A DNA stretch of 64,000 nucleotides from Lytechinus pictus (Eukaryota), in contig NC_087246.1 in NCBI RefSeq assembly GCF_037042905.1, forward strand, positions 61,256,001 to 61,320,000. The letters are read 5' to 3'. Shown here in pieces: positions 46,817 through 60,072 of this stretch. Each line of letters starts with the position of its first letter. Position 1 is the stretch's first letter. The notes under the pieces were generated by a model. That model worked only from the letters and a program-made list of their open reading frames with translations, was not told the DNA's origin and made no database searches. A program made the position numbers and the translations under genes.

Positions 46817-46886
46817 TGCACCAGTCAAAGAGTTCCTGTGTCTGAATGATCCACCCGGACCTCATGACAGTCTGGAGGAAAGCAGG
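46817..46886 (+). CDS. SNX16: SNX16 coding exon (end of PX domain)
   Basis: (S)[23 protein letters not shown], matching SNX16 [21 protein letters not shown]. Phase 2/0, donor AGG|GTAAGT. Confidence 0.95.
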
Positions 46887-46935
46887 GTAAGTTGCTTCCT
46901 ATACCCAAGGAGCTTGCTATACCCCCCTCCCCTTC

Positions 46936-47383
46936 TTAAAGGTCAAATCCACCCAAACACAAAGTTATACCAAACAAAAAGAGAAAATTCAAATCAGCTA
47001 ACCGCTGCAAATGTTATCAAAACCAGAAAAAAGCTGTGAAATTGTCAATTTTCAATTGTTTTCACAAAACAGTTACATGTATATCCGCAACAAAGGTGAT
47101 TTGCGAATAAGAGAGCTGATGAATTCACACACTATTTTTTATACGTTATCTTTATGAATCATGATGAACAAATATTAGAATGAGTGGTTGATGTCAGGTC
47201 CCTTGCATGATGACCAGTATGTTTTAGAATTTTTCATGAAAATATTAAAAGCAAAACTTAAAAATATCAAAACTTAATTTGATATTAAAAAATCCTATCT
47301 TGAGGAAATTTTAAATATTCTACTTGTTTGATTTTTCTCTCTTTATTCACATCAACGTTTTATTGAGGTAAACTTGACTTTAA
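46936..47383. mobile_element. Degenerate TTAA-flanked MITE
   Basis: TTAAAGGTCAAATCCACC ... GGTAAACTTGACTTTAA. Confidence 0.55.
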
Positions 47384-47656
47384 AGTTCAATCATGTATCA
47401 ACCTTACCTCACCTATCATCTACCTTTGCTTGATCTGTATGTAATAATTCCATTCAACAGTAAAGGCTTCCCCAAAGCCAATGGTTAGTCATTGACATTC
47501 CTATTTCTGTATTTCCCCCAACTTTTTTCTTTCAAGGTATGTTTTGTCATGGACCTACTAGGTCCATGGTTTCATCTACCCTCTCATTCCCCTCTCTTTA
47601 CATTAGCTGTGTTCAGTCGATGCCATAGAACTTGACCTAGGAACATGGTTTTCAAA

Positions 47657-47953
47657 GAGCCCATTTACACAAACAAGTGAAGGCGGCATGAGGCCGGCCT
47701 CACGCCGCCTTGAACGTATGTGTAAACACACAAGTGGACTGACGCCGCCTTGAAGCTGCCCAAATTTCGGTCCACCTCTGGAGGTGGTTTGAGGTCACCT
47801 TTGCGGCGGTGTGAAGCCGCTACTCGTATGTGTAAACACAAGGCAGAAACCGACTTTTCAGCTATGTGTAAACACACTTTCGTGATTTTTTTTGGAGGCA
47901 GCTTGATGCCGGCATGAGGCCGACTCGAAACTGGCCCATGTGTAAATGGGGTC
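47657..47953. mobile_element. PIF/Harbinger-like MITE
   Basis: GAGCCCATTTACACA ... TGTGTAAATGGGGTC with a 3-bp AAA flank duplication and internal TATGTGTAAACACA repeats. Confidence 0.7.
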
Positions 47954-50232
47954 AAAGACTTTTATAATTCAAGCATCAGGGGAAGTGATTTTTCATCAGT
48001 TGTACATGTAAATATGTCTTACAAAATGCAGACATTTGCTATTGAAAGAAGTTGTATTTTGAAAGATTATTCTTTGGCACCTTGGTTAGTAAAACTTTCA
48101 TGAACAAAACAGAGGTCTCAATTATGATTCTGTGCTGTCACTTTCATGGCCTAGGGATTAATGAGGTTTTCTGGTAAATAAATCTTTAAATTTACTGAAA
48201 AACAAATGGAGGAAAGAAAAGTAGAATAAAAATATTAATGGTATGATAACATGATGATTTCAAATTCTTAAAATCTATGAATGCATTTCATTCTTTTGTC
48301 AAATTTACAAAACTCATTTACATGTTGGACTACATTCAGTCAGATGACAGATAAAACTGATTATGTGATAAACTTTATCACGAGGTACTCCCAAAGATAA
48401 CACATCTATTATAATCTCATCTGGGCTAGGTCCTTTATTGCATCTCATCAAATTCTATTTTTAGTCATCCTGGCTTTATTCCACCTAGTCTGTATTCTAG
48501 CTTGGGATCTATGGAGCATTTCATCACAGTTTTGTCAGTAATAGTTTACCAACAGTTGTTATAAGCTATTGAAATCCTTGAATCTGATTGGCTTATAGCA
48601 GGATTTGTCAGTGAAAGTCACTGACAAGATGCCTCGTGAAACCTGACTCCCCTTTATCTGGATTTAGATCTGGGCGTAACACTTCCATCCAGTTTGTAGA
48701 TGTGTTTAGGCTCTCAGCATCCTCTAAAATCCTGCTAGGATCCCGCTTCCTATCATATGCCTCATGGTATCCTGATGACTTCCACAGATTCTATATTGCA
48801 TGGGAAATCTTTGATGGCAATTGGAGTAGCATGAGGGATATGAGAGAGCTGAAGAGATGAATGGGTAGCCCAATCGAGAAATAAGGTATAGGCTGGGTGT
48901 GAAGTGTAATCTTATAGAGATTTATCATCGTTTTTGCTTTTTCCTTCTTTTTCTGTCTCTCTGTCACTCTCTTTCCCTATTGCTACATGTATATGACCTT
49001 TTTTTTCGTGTTAATAATAAGTTAGCAAAATAAATGAGGGGGTTGGGTGCCCTTATAAATGTCAAGGGAGTGACGATATTCATGAATGATATGCTTGATC
49101 TCATCAAGGGGTCCTTAGTCATGATACTTACATTTTAAGGAAATCAGTAATCAAATATTTAATTCAATATTACATGAAAAATAGAGCCACTTTTTCTACT
49201 TTTCAATATTTAGTACCGGTAATCAAAATTATATTCAACCTTTCAATTCAATCCAATTCATAATCATTTTTATATGATACAATATAATATTGATAATACT
49301 GATGATTTTCAAAACAAAATCAGATTATTACCATTTAGTTTTTGACAACACTATATTACCTGTGAAAATGATGGGCTTTTATGATAAAAAGCTAAATACA
49401 TGTATTAACCTATAGAGGTATTAGCCCGTTTGAAAACAGTAGTACAAATTTCTTGATTATTCATTCATGTGGGGGAAAATTCAGTATCTTAGTTTTGCCC
49501 TTTTGCTACTCACTACCCAGGCAACTGAGGCCTGTTTCATAAAGATTTCATTCAAACTTTTATAATTTTGCCATTTCTGGAAGCCTCTATTTTTATAGGA
49601 TTTGCTTTTGATATGGCAAATCATCATGAAATAGACTCCAGAAACTGTTTACATCTGTTGTTGAAGCCTACAGATGTACTTAAATGGTAATTGGACTCTA
49701 AATCGTCAATTATTGTCTCTTCATTGTCATGATTTGTAAATTAATATAAGTCCAGAGTATGAAATTTAATGACAAATCCAAAATCGACAGAACAAACATT
49801 GCTTGAATCCAGCCTTTAATTCATCAGTGCTTTAGAATCTCCAAGCTATGACATTATCATGAGTTGCCTGCCATAAGGCAGGAAGCGATGTGAATAATCA
49901 GTTGTAGTTACAACCTTCTTGCATGTACACTTAATGTGGTGAAGTTGCCGTGGAAGGCGATAAGGTCTAACCACTGAAGCGAGATCATACCTGTAAAACA
50001 TGTGACAGATATGATTGATATTATAAAACTGTTCGAGATGATTGGGGAAAAAACTAATTATATTGCAGATGCTTTTCAATTTAAAAGTGATAATTTATTG
50101 TGTTGCAATGGGAAGCAGTATTTCCCGGTTTAAGATGTCCAGAGTATTTAAACAGTTCTATGATCTTGCTTTTATAAGGAATCGGTGCTTATAATCCTGT
50201 GTTTTCTTATTCTCATTGCTGTTTTTTATTAG

Positions 50233-50378
50233 GTCATGGTAGAATCTTTGGAAGAAGTTGCATATAACCTGAAGAGAGACCTAGCAGAGAGGGATCGATT
50301 ATTGAGGAAGAGAGATGAAGAGATAGCAAGACTAAAAGCTAGATTACAAGAACTAGAAAATGCAGGGCTTCCACTGGA
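50233..50378 (+). CDS. SNX16: SNX16 coding exon (coiled coil)
   Basis: VMVESLEEVAYNLKRDLAERDRLLRKRDEEIARLKARLQELENAGLPL. Phase 0/2, canonical AG and GTAAGT sites. Confidence 0.88.
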
Positions 50379-51249
50379 GTAAGTCGTCATCATCCTAAAC
50401 CAATACACCACATTCCATTTGAACAGCACCAGTTTAGGACCTTGTCCCCATTGCATGAAAGTTTTTTATGGTAACTTTGCCATCCAAAGGTAACTACCAT
50501 GGTAATGATGCCCAACAGCCAATCAGAATCGAGGATTCCATGCAAGTTATTCATTGGATGGCATAGTTAGTATAAACTTTTATGCAACAGGGTCCTTGAC
50601 TATTTGTTCCTTGATTCATTCCCAGGATGCAGCATTTTTGTAGTCTTTCTGTAATCCACAAGAAAATGATTTGTTTCACTACTCTTCTCTACCTTCATAC
50701 CACAATATTTGCAAAGAAATCAAAGTTTTATTGAATGCTTCCAAGCGTTCTTTTGTTTCCTCTAGTTATTTATTCTGTTGATTTGCAATTTGTACTAACT
50801 CTTCTGTACCACTTGGTTTATATTATAGCACTATCTCAGGGCGAGAAGAGAAAATCGCAGTATTTGTGCATAAATGTGGTAGTGTAAACGTAGTGATGTC
50901 ATAATGTTATGGGCCTATAAATTCAAGCCAGACGATTGAAAATCGTGTCTGGTTTTCCTATTTCCATTTAGTTCCAATTGGTTCATAATGTCATATGTAA
51001 TTTTTACTAAATTTAATTATCAAAGTCTTTGACTCTGAGAATTTCTTGTGTATTTTGTTCATCGGTCTACTGGTCTGCAGGAAATTGTACTGATGAACCA
51101 GCAGAATCGGTCGAATACCAGTGGACCAGTTGGTTTAACTTGGCCCTAGTAAAAAATAAGGTTATATTTCACTTTAGGAGACTTAACTAATTAAATAAAG
51201 TATTTTTTATTAATTCATGAATCATCGCTTTCATTTTTGTCATGGTCAG

Positions 51250-51402
51250 AAGTGAGCCTGTTGGTACGGACCAGGAGAGTGAGAGCAGTACTGTTGAAGG
51301 TGATCAGAGATCATGTGTCGAGGCCGACCTGATGGATCATGGGATACCAGATGCTAACGTCGAGTCAGTCTCAGATTCCATGGACAATTCACTCAAAGTC
51401 AA
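51250..51402 (+). CDS. SNX16: SNX16 coding exon (acidic tail)
   Basis: Phase-compatible acceptor CAG|A; SEPVGTDQESESSTVEGD...NSLKV; donor AA|GTAAGT. Confidence 0.72.
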
Positions 51403-54400
51403 GTAAGTTCATCAACCACAAAGAGATGTTTATCATAATTTGGGGAAAAAATCCATGAAGACAAGAGAGAGAGAGCTCACAGGTTATGTACTTGCTATAA
51501 ATTTTTTATGAGCTGACTATATTTTGTTAAATTGATTTGCTCTCCCCTTTTTCAGTGTACGTACCCATACTTTAACTTGCCATTTTCACAGCAGCATGGC
51601 TCTCGGATATGCTGCTGCTATAATAAAGTTACAATATAACTTCAGGGTGTTTTTGTTATTTTTATGTAAAGTCTGATGTTGTCATGATGACTTATGCCTG
51701 TGGTTTGGCATCACTTTAATCAGCAAACATTTTACTGGTTCAGACCCCATTGTTTTGAATCTCTTTGATATCTCCAAAGAGTAGACGTTATTGATATGGC
51801 TACTGTCGTGTCACATGGATCAACATGTGATTTGATGAACATACATCAGCTAGGGGATGATCTATCAAAGCAAAAAAGTGTACATTATTCAAAGGAACTT
51901 TAATACTCAGAAGTGCAGTCTCCAATTCGTTTAAGTTTTGGATTTATATATCAGGCATATTTACTCATGACATACAGTAGGCTATATCGCTGTACTTTTA
52001 TGATCTTCAAAGAAAGTTGCCTTACAACTAGATATGAATTTATACACAGACCATGAGCAGTGTAAAACCTACAAAATACTTTTATTGTGAATTACAAAAA
52101 AAAATTATGATATGTTCAAAATGTTTATTTATATGTCAGAAATACCTGTGATACATTGTTGTACTTTTAAGGAAAGTCGCCCGATAGATTGATACAAAAT
52201 TATACATAGAACATGATTAGTGTGCAAATTTTTGTTCATGTTATCTGAAGGATTTTCAGATTGTGTTGACCCTTCTGCTTAGGTAACAAAACATAGCCTA
52301 TAAAACCCTTCATATCCTCATGCTGTATTTATAAAGCAAACATAGTTTTCATTCTGGGATCACTTGAAAGATGCTTAGTTAAAACACGGACATGAATAGC
52401 AAGCTTTTGCTGGTCATTTGAAGTGTCTTTCATCAAAACGACACTTGCTGTAACATGATTCTTCAGAAATATGGATGTTAAAAAGCGATCTCATTCAACA
52501 AACATGTAGATCTCAACCCTACTTCTATGATAACATTTTAAATCTTGGCCTGCTGTGTCAGAGAGAGGTGCAATCAAACACAAAAAATAAAAATCAAATG
52601 CAAGTCCATTATCATCATTGGATGATATTCATTGTTCAACCTCACTTTAATTGAACAAAATGCATTCAATTAAAACTCGAAAAATCAAATGAAAGTCACC
52701 ATTGGATGAAATTCATTTTTTTTGCATCACCTTATTATAAAGCAAACAGCAATTAAGTAACAGAGTAAAATACAAGAAAAATATATTTCATATATTTGAA
52801 TTAAATTCTTTCTACAATGTGTCCCTGGATTTCCTGGGTTAAACTGCATATTACGATGCTCGGAATCGATGGTCAGCGAGAGTCAGCATTGATCATGTGA
52901 ACTTGCTGAACTTTATCAGACAGTGCCCACAATTGTTGCCTTGATTTCTTATTCATGTTTGCAATGTTACCTTATTATGATAAGTATGAAAGGACCTTAT
53001 GTTCACAAGGCAAACAAATTATCCATGGTTTACCGATTACTGAGATTGGTAATCAAGAAATGATTAGTTTAGCACGTTTCCCCAACATATAATATAAGGT
53101 AAAGTACATGTACATATACCTGGTGAAATTTGTGAATTAAAGATTTAATAATAATAATAATAATAATGATAATAATAAATACCTGGTGAAATTTGTGAAT
53201 TGAACATTTAAATTGTCAAGATTTTAAGTAAAATTTAATTTTCTGGATTACATGTAGGTATTACCAGCTTCATACTGATGTGTTGTCTCTTTCTTGAAAA
53301 TCCAATGCAAACTGTAAAGTGCATGCAATTGTGCATACATGAATATCATTTTTTTTTGCCAATGGGATACTCTATTATTTACTCTGTGTTTGCATCTACA
53401 GTATCAGCGCTGTTCTGAACCTGTAAATAATGCCAGTTCTATTTATAAAGATGTAGGAAAAGATAACTTTCTCATTCCTGAGAAAATTTGTTTGTGTTAT
53501 AAATTGAGAAATAAGAAACAGGAACAAAATTTTGCAATTAATGAATAGGTTATTGCAGATCCTTTTATAGCTTACATGTACTCTAGGTCAAATCAGAGGG
53601 TTACATGTACTGTATATTAAACAGAAACAAAAATCAATAATTGCTGCATAATAACTTGTATAAGGAAGGATGGATGGCTGTCATCAATCATTCTTTTATC
53701 CTTTTTATCCTTATTTTCCTGTCGAGACACTTATCAGTTTTAAATTTGGATAATGAAAGTGGGATTCGGTTGGTGCATGTCGCTTACAGATCATATATCT
53801 AGGACATGGTATTAATGAGTGGCTATTTTCTTTCAAAGGCACGACCTAGAATTGCAGAAAGAAAGCTCTCGTAATACTATATTGTAGGATTGTTAGATCA
53901 TGAGTCGGGCATTTGTATTGATTTGAGACAAATCCTCCAATGTTTAATGTCAAATCATTTTTGGGATCACCCTTGATTTCAGGGTATGGTGTGTTATGTG
54001 TATGCTATTTATTATTTCTGTTTAACATATAATATCTTATCTGGGGCAGGTAATTCTTGGACATCTTTATGCTTTTTTATAGTAATAACAGGAATAAAAT
54101 AATACCCTTTTAACATCATTTGTTATAAATGCCCTTAACTGTCAAGATCTGCAGTATCTGGAAAAATATATTTTATTGTTTGAAAATGTTGTTAAGATTT
54201 CAAATGTTTTCTCTATGCTTAAAATGGTGGGCTCGTTTCATAAAGAGTTAGAACAATTGTAACTTTGGTAACAGGGTATAGCAGCCTATCAAAATCAAGG
54301 TTTCCATGGTAGTTGTCATTGATGGCAAAGTTACAACAGATGTTACTCTTCATGAAACAGACCCTAGAAGAAGAAAAAATAATATCTCTTGACATTACTG

Positions 54401-54501
54401 TATGCTATGAATTAATCAACACTTTTTTCAGTGAATTTTGTATTAGATAAGCCATTCATTATCTCATTCTTTAAATGTCTTTGCATTCCATTTCATTATA
54501 G

Positions 54502-54616
54502 GATTGAAACCCTTGGAAAAGAACCAGGAAAGATAGGGAATATGGTTGGTGAGAGAGATCGGGTTGCCATGGCAATCAGTCAGTCAACGGCACCTGTAGT
54601 TGGTGACTCGAGATGA
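54502..54616 (+). CDS. SNX16: SNX16 probable terminal coding exon
   Basis: Acceptor TTTCATTATAG|G, phase 2 compatible; IETLGKEPGK...VVGDSR-stop. Spliced CDS totals 1416 nt (471 aa). Confidence 0.6.
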
Positions 54617-56638
54617 CATCATGCGACTGTCGAGGAGTGACGACAATGGGAGCTTTCCATTGATGAAAAGACATTGGCAGGATATATTGCCCTTTGGTTG
54701 CAAACCTGTTGCATTGAAGCTAAGAAGAAATAGAGCTTTCATTGCGAGATAGGTTATTGCCTCCTTATTCTAAGCAAAGCAGTGTATGATGATTATGCTT
54801 CGTGGAGATCTATGCTGTAGAACATAAAATCATGCTGCACAGCGATTAAATTCAAGTGTAGTATATGCATATTGCTATGTAAGCCAAGCACCAAAGGATT
54901 TTTAGTCATTTATAAATAAGCATCATGTGCATAAAGCTTCTCAGTCTATAGGATATTTACTTCTTGAAACTATAAGAAAAAAGAAAATAATTTATCAGCT
55001 AATGGCATGAGCTTTATAATGAGTAATGACTAAGATTTTCATGTGTTCTGCATGCTTATCTATAGGCAAATTAATTTGTGTGATATTTGGGTATTTATGG
55101 AGTCTTTTATCTGATGCCAGTTCTAGCCTGCTTTCAATCATCAAAGCTATCATTCACAATTAAAGAATTCTATGGAATGCTTTCATATACATTTTGCATC
55201 AGTCATGTTTTATTTTTACAAATCAATGAGAATCTGATTTAAATCTTAAAATTATTTCTCAATCATTAAGAGTTTGATAGACTGGGATTTTTCCCAACCT
55301 TCACACCTGTGACGATTGCTTTTGTTGAAAATCTGTATGTAAAACCGAACGTAAAACCAAACTTCAAAAGTAGCACCCACCCTTACACCACAGATGGGGC
55401 ATGCTTAGAATAAACCTAGGTTTAACTCTTTCCTATGTCTTTCTTATATTTTTACCTTCTCTTAATGTTTTTCAGTAAATATAGACAAAACAATACAATG
55501 ATTGACAAGATAGATTACATCCTAAGTGCTCAAGTCTGAAAGTAAAAGTAGTATTGCCTTTCAGATTCAATCAACAAAACCAAATTAATCCGTCTTTTGC
55601 TTTAGGCGTGGGTAAAGTTCATGATTCACAAACATTGTTTATCGTTGTGTAGTTCCTACAGGAATATAAATGCACTATGTTGAGAGACGACTGCTGAAAT
55701 TGCCAAGGAAGGTCTATGAATTGATGGTAAAAATATTGAATGAAATGAATTATTGTGATGTAGAAATCGAATGTAATGGAATGTGCAATTGACAAATCTT
55801 TTGATTTGATTTTGGGTTTTTTTTTTTTATAGTGAATTATAATATTTGTGGACTCTGATTTATTCAAATAATACATTGTTCTAATGGAACTAGTGCATTT
55901 TGGAATTTTTAATTTTACCAACTTGAGGTTCTTATTTTTTTCTTTCTTTTGAATAATATGTAGTCATGTGCACGAGACTACTGATGTGTTTACTGTACAT
56001 TTTACATCTCTGTCATATAAGTTTTATATTCACTATTAAGTTCTTCAATCAACAGTCCTATTTCTTAAGCCATTGACTACTGTATGTTGTAACTTCTTGA
56101 GATTAAAGCTTTGTAATGGAACCACTTTGAGTATAGTAGGCAATAGTTTAACATGCCACTGTGTCTATATACATGTATGTGCAAGATAACTCTACTTTTG
56201 CGACAATTAAATGAAATTCTTATTTAGCAGTAAAGTAAATGTGATTACCCAGTATATAGATGCACTTTTGGATGAATTTACATTTTGTAGTTTAAAAAGA
56301 GTGTATTTAATAAATAAATGAAAACATTTTTTGTTTTCATCTTTAAGAAATTTGGGACTTTTAATTGCAAATAATCATTTCAGATTTGTTTTGTTTGAAG
56401 AATAGTTTATCTTTTTTTTTCATTTTTAGAAATTTAGGACTGTAAAGCACTTCATTGTGCAAATGATCATTTCAGTGTGAATGAATATATTGAATTTGCA
56501 CAGTGGAGTAATGACAGATTGTTCATCTTTTTAATGGGTACCAAAATAAAGTTTTATTTGTTCCAAACTATTTTGATCACAAGTAATTCAAAAATATTGA
56601 AATATACTTTGAGAAAAGTTATCAAAAGTGAGCAATAT

Positions 56639-56912
56639 CAGGGTTCCCACAATCATGGAAAATCCTGGAAAAATTTGTGGTCATGGAAAGTCAGGGAATT
56701 TGGAAAATTAAGAAAATTTATGGAATTGCTTTTACCTCTTTGCTTTGGAAGCTTTCCAGTTTGTTGTGTCTCGTTCATGATGTTCATGATTTCCATTCTT
56801 CCCAGTTTTGTGACATCCCAAATTCTACATAACTCCCGGGATGTCACAGGAAGTCATGGAAAGCAGCAATTTAGTCATGGAATTCTGTTTTCAAATTTCT
56901 GTTGGAACCCTG
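56639..56912. mobile_element. Small TIR element
   Basis: CAGGGTTCC ... GGAACCCTG, CAATAT flank duplication, and TCATGGAA subterminal repeats. Confidence 0.65.
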
Positions 56913-58935
56913 CAATATTACACAAACTTGTACTTTATATCATGTATGAACAAGATAGAATTTGCCCATATCTACTAAAACTCAGATGTTGTTATCTTGC
57001 CTAATACCATAATAAAGATCATCATTACACCTGTAAAGACCTGTGATATTAGTACAATCCAAGTAGTACTGGCATTAATCTTGTTCTATCATTTCCATCA
57101 GCACAATAGATTTAACATAATATTTTGTGTTTTGGGTCATACTTATTTGTGTAGTTTTCTTATTCTCTTTCCAGTACATTATGCAGATTTGTCCCCCCTG
57201 TTAGGCGACTCGGAATGGTATAAGTCCACTATTAGACTGAGCACATTTTTAGATTTAGTTTTTTACTCCCTTGCTAATATATACATTTTGATGTTATCTT
57301 ACTAATCATTAATTTAGTTTTTGAAATGTCTTCCTTAAAAGTGAAAATCTTGAATGTACTTAACTGCATTTGTGTAATATATTATGCACAGATTGAGTAT
57401 GACATATGATTTCTCATTTTATTCTCAAAATGTAAAATGACATTCATGCTTGCTTGAGAAATAATGTACCAAAGTGAGTTAGACTGTATGTTAAATTGTA
57501 CAAAACTGTTTTCACAATATATAGCAATGTATTATGATATGCATCTGTATTGATTTGCAGAAATTGCCTCTATATGGGATCAGTTAATCAATTGGCTTTT
57601 AATGTATTTTTATTCAATTGTGATTATACTTTAATACACAGTTGAAGAACATGCAAGAACGAAATGAGGGGAAAAAACGGGTTTTGCATCAACAATGGAT
57701 ATTTCTTCTTTCTTTTTTTCTTTCTCATTTTTCACTTCAAGAACATCAAATCGTTTGTCTAGCGATAAGGGACCAGAGTGGTATGTTTTATGCTCTACAA
57801 AGTAGCAGAGCCTTAGGAGTCTGAACAATGTTAGCAAAAAAAAGCAGTTGTTAGACAATATTTGTGGTCAAATTTGTACTATATCTCTCAAATGGAATGT
57901 CTTGGTCCTCTAAATGGATTCCATTTTTTTTTCTTACTGGGGTCACAGAATGGTTTGGATAGGGTGGGGGGGAGGCTCACCATACAAACAAAAACAAACA
58001 ATGAGTTGGAGCTGAAGCCCTATATGTATTTGTGATTTTTATAAACAAATCAATTAAAATGAAAATGCTGTTTTAAGATAAACTTATTTATTATCATGCT
58101 TTTTTCAAATTTCTTTTGTATGTATCATCTGTTTTTTTTTTTTTTCAATTCTATCATTCATGAGGGGAGCGTATGCCCCGTTTAGGAATTCTGATTTTTG
58201 CGTATGAAAGCAATGTTAATTACATGTACAAGTACAGATGATCATGATGAAATTTTATTCTTTTTTTCTTTTCTTTTGATTGCATTTTCCTAAAAATCTT
58301 AATACAATGGGGCCCCTTGGGCAAGAAATTCAGGTGGTGTTATATGAGCCAATCAGATGCAAGGATTTCAGTAGCTTTTAACAGTTTTCATTGAAAAATC
58401 AACGATTGTTCGTTTCATGAAATGCTCCCTTTAGAGTCTCTTCCTTTGTTTTCTCAAAATGCACTTGTTCTGTACAAACTTGTTATTTTCTTTTATGTAT
58501 AGTTGTGATTGTTGTATTTGTTATTTTTATTGTTGGATTTGAGGTAGATCTGTTCATAATTGCAATTATGTTCTTCCTATTAGTTCCATTGTGCTTCTGA
58601 AATATTTTGTAAATAGAATGAAGTTTTGTTGTTTTTTGCAATGAATTTCAAAAGATTTCCCGTAATTGGTGTAATGTTATGTACTGGTACTTATTTTTAT
58701 GTTTTTGTCTGCATTAGTTTAAAATCAGTTAGGTTTATAGAGCTTGCCATTGTATTTATCATTAATTGATGATTAATTTGGTGCTGGAATATTTTAATTC
58801 AATACATGAAAAATTGATTTTTATAATGTCTGTATATTCATGGCGTTTTTCTTGCAGCACTTAATTGATATTAGAGTGCAAAAAAGCAAATGTCACAGGA
58901 TACCGACAAAGGATCTGATGTGGAAATCACTCTTT

Positions 58936-59327
58936 TAAGCCCAGCTCACACTATGCGATTCGATTTTCAAAGAAATCATAACATTTGACATGAACATTCC
59001 AACCAATAAAATCTTAGCAATTCGAGGTCAGAATAGTTGTAGGACTACTGAAATCAAAATTCAATGTAGTTTGAGCCTCAATGTAGGAAAGAAAGCAACT
59101 TCAACTCCAAATCGTAATGAGGTCATCATCGGCTGCGACTTGAAGCTGATTTGGACTTTACTCCGACAACAGGGCTTGCCGCAAAGCAAAATTATGATTT
59201 CATTATTCCTAACATTATGCCGAACTGCAAATAAAGTAATTTTTCTTTTTGGAACTTTCATATTTAATGCAAAACGTGATTTATTAAAAAATAATGTATC
59301 GGATCGCACAATGTGAGACAGGCTTAA
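58936..59327. mobile_element. PIF/Harbinger-like MITE
   Basis: TAAGCCCAGCTCACACTATGCGAT ... ATCGCACAATGTGAGACAGGCTTA. Confidence 0.6.
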
Positions 59328-59428
59328 AGCACATTTTATGTAAGAAAAATCACTGAAAATGATAATTTACTTTTTATACAATAATGTTTTGAGCAATTAT
59401 CAGTTAGTATGCACAAAGTAAAGTATAT

Positions 59429-59739
59429 GGCCCGTATTCTAAAGTCGGGTTTAACTTAAACTCAGGTTTAAAGTTGTGGTTTAAGTATGGACAGCCAATG
59501 GTTACATAATCACTATAAGTAGAGATATCATACTTTCAGCTCATTCGGCTCTCAAATCATTCATAATTGTGTAGGAAGTATAAATAGATGATTGTCTTCA
59601 CCATCGATGATTCAGGAAAGGGCACAATAAACATAAGAAATATACAACTTAATAAAAATTTTGATACTTTTGGCTTCCCATACTTAAACCACAACTTTAA
59701 ACCTGAGTTTAAGTTAAACCCGACTTCAGAATACGGGCC
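59429..59739. mobile_element. Young MITE with about 60-bp near-perfect TIRs
   Basis: GGCCCGTATTCT..GTCGGGTTTAACTTAAACTCAGGTTTAAAGTTGTGGTTTAAGTATGG and its reverse complement at 59678-59739. Confidence 0.8.
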
Positions 59740-59916
59740 AAAGAGTTTCTATTTTGTTAAGTTTGATATTAGTAGTTTAGTTGCAGGTGTTGTAGCTGTA
59801 AAGTAGAATTTTTGACATTTATATAATGAAATATACGTTTACCATTCCAATTAAGCCCTTCATTTTTTTTCTCAATTTCTTGATATGTTGATATTTTTTT
59901 CATGCATTTTAAAAAT

Positions 59917-60072
59917 CTTTCTCTACATTTACCTTTAAAGAAACAGCAATCTCAAAGAGGACTTCATGCTTTAAAATGTGATTATTCTTACAATGCTTTC
60001 TCTACATTTACCTTTAAAGAAACAGCAATCTCAAAGAGGACTTCATGATTTAAAATGTGATTATTCTTACAA
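59917..60072. repeat. Tandem duplication of about 79 bp
   Basis: CTTTCTCTACATTTACCTTTAAAGAAACAGCAATCTCAAAGAGG... present twice, nearly identical. Confidence 0.85.
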
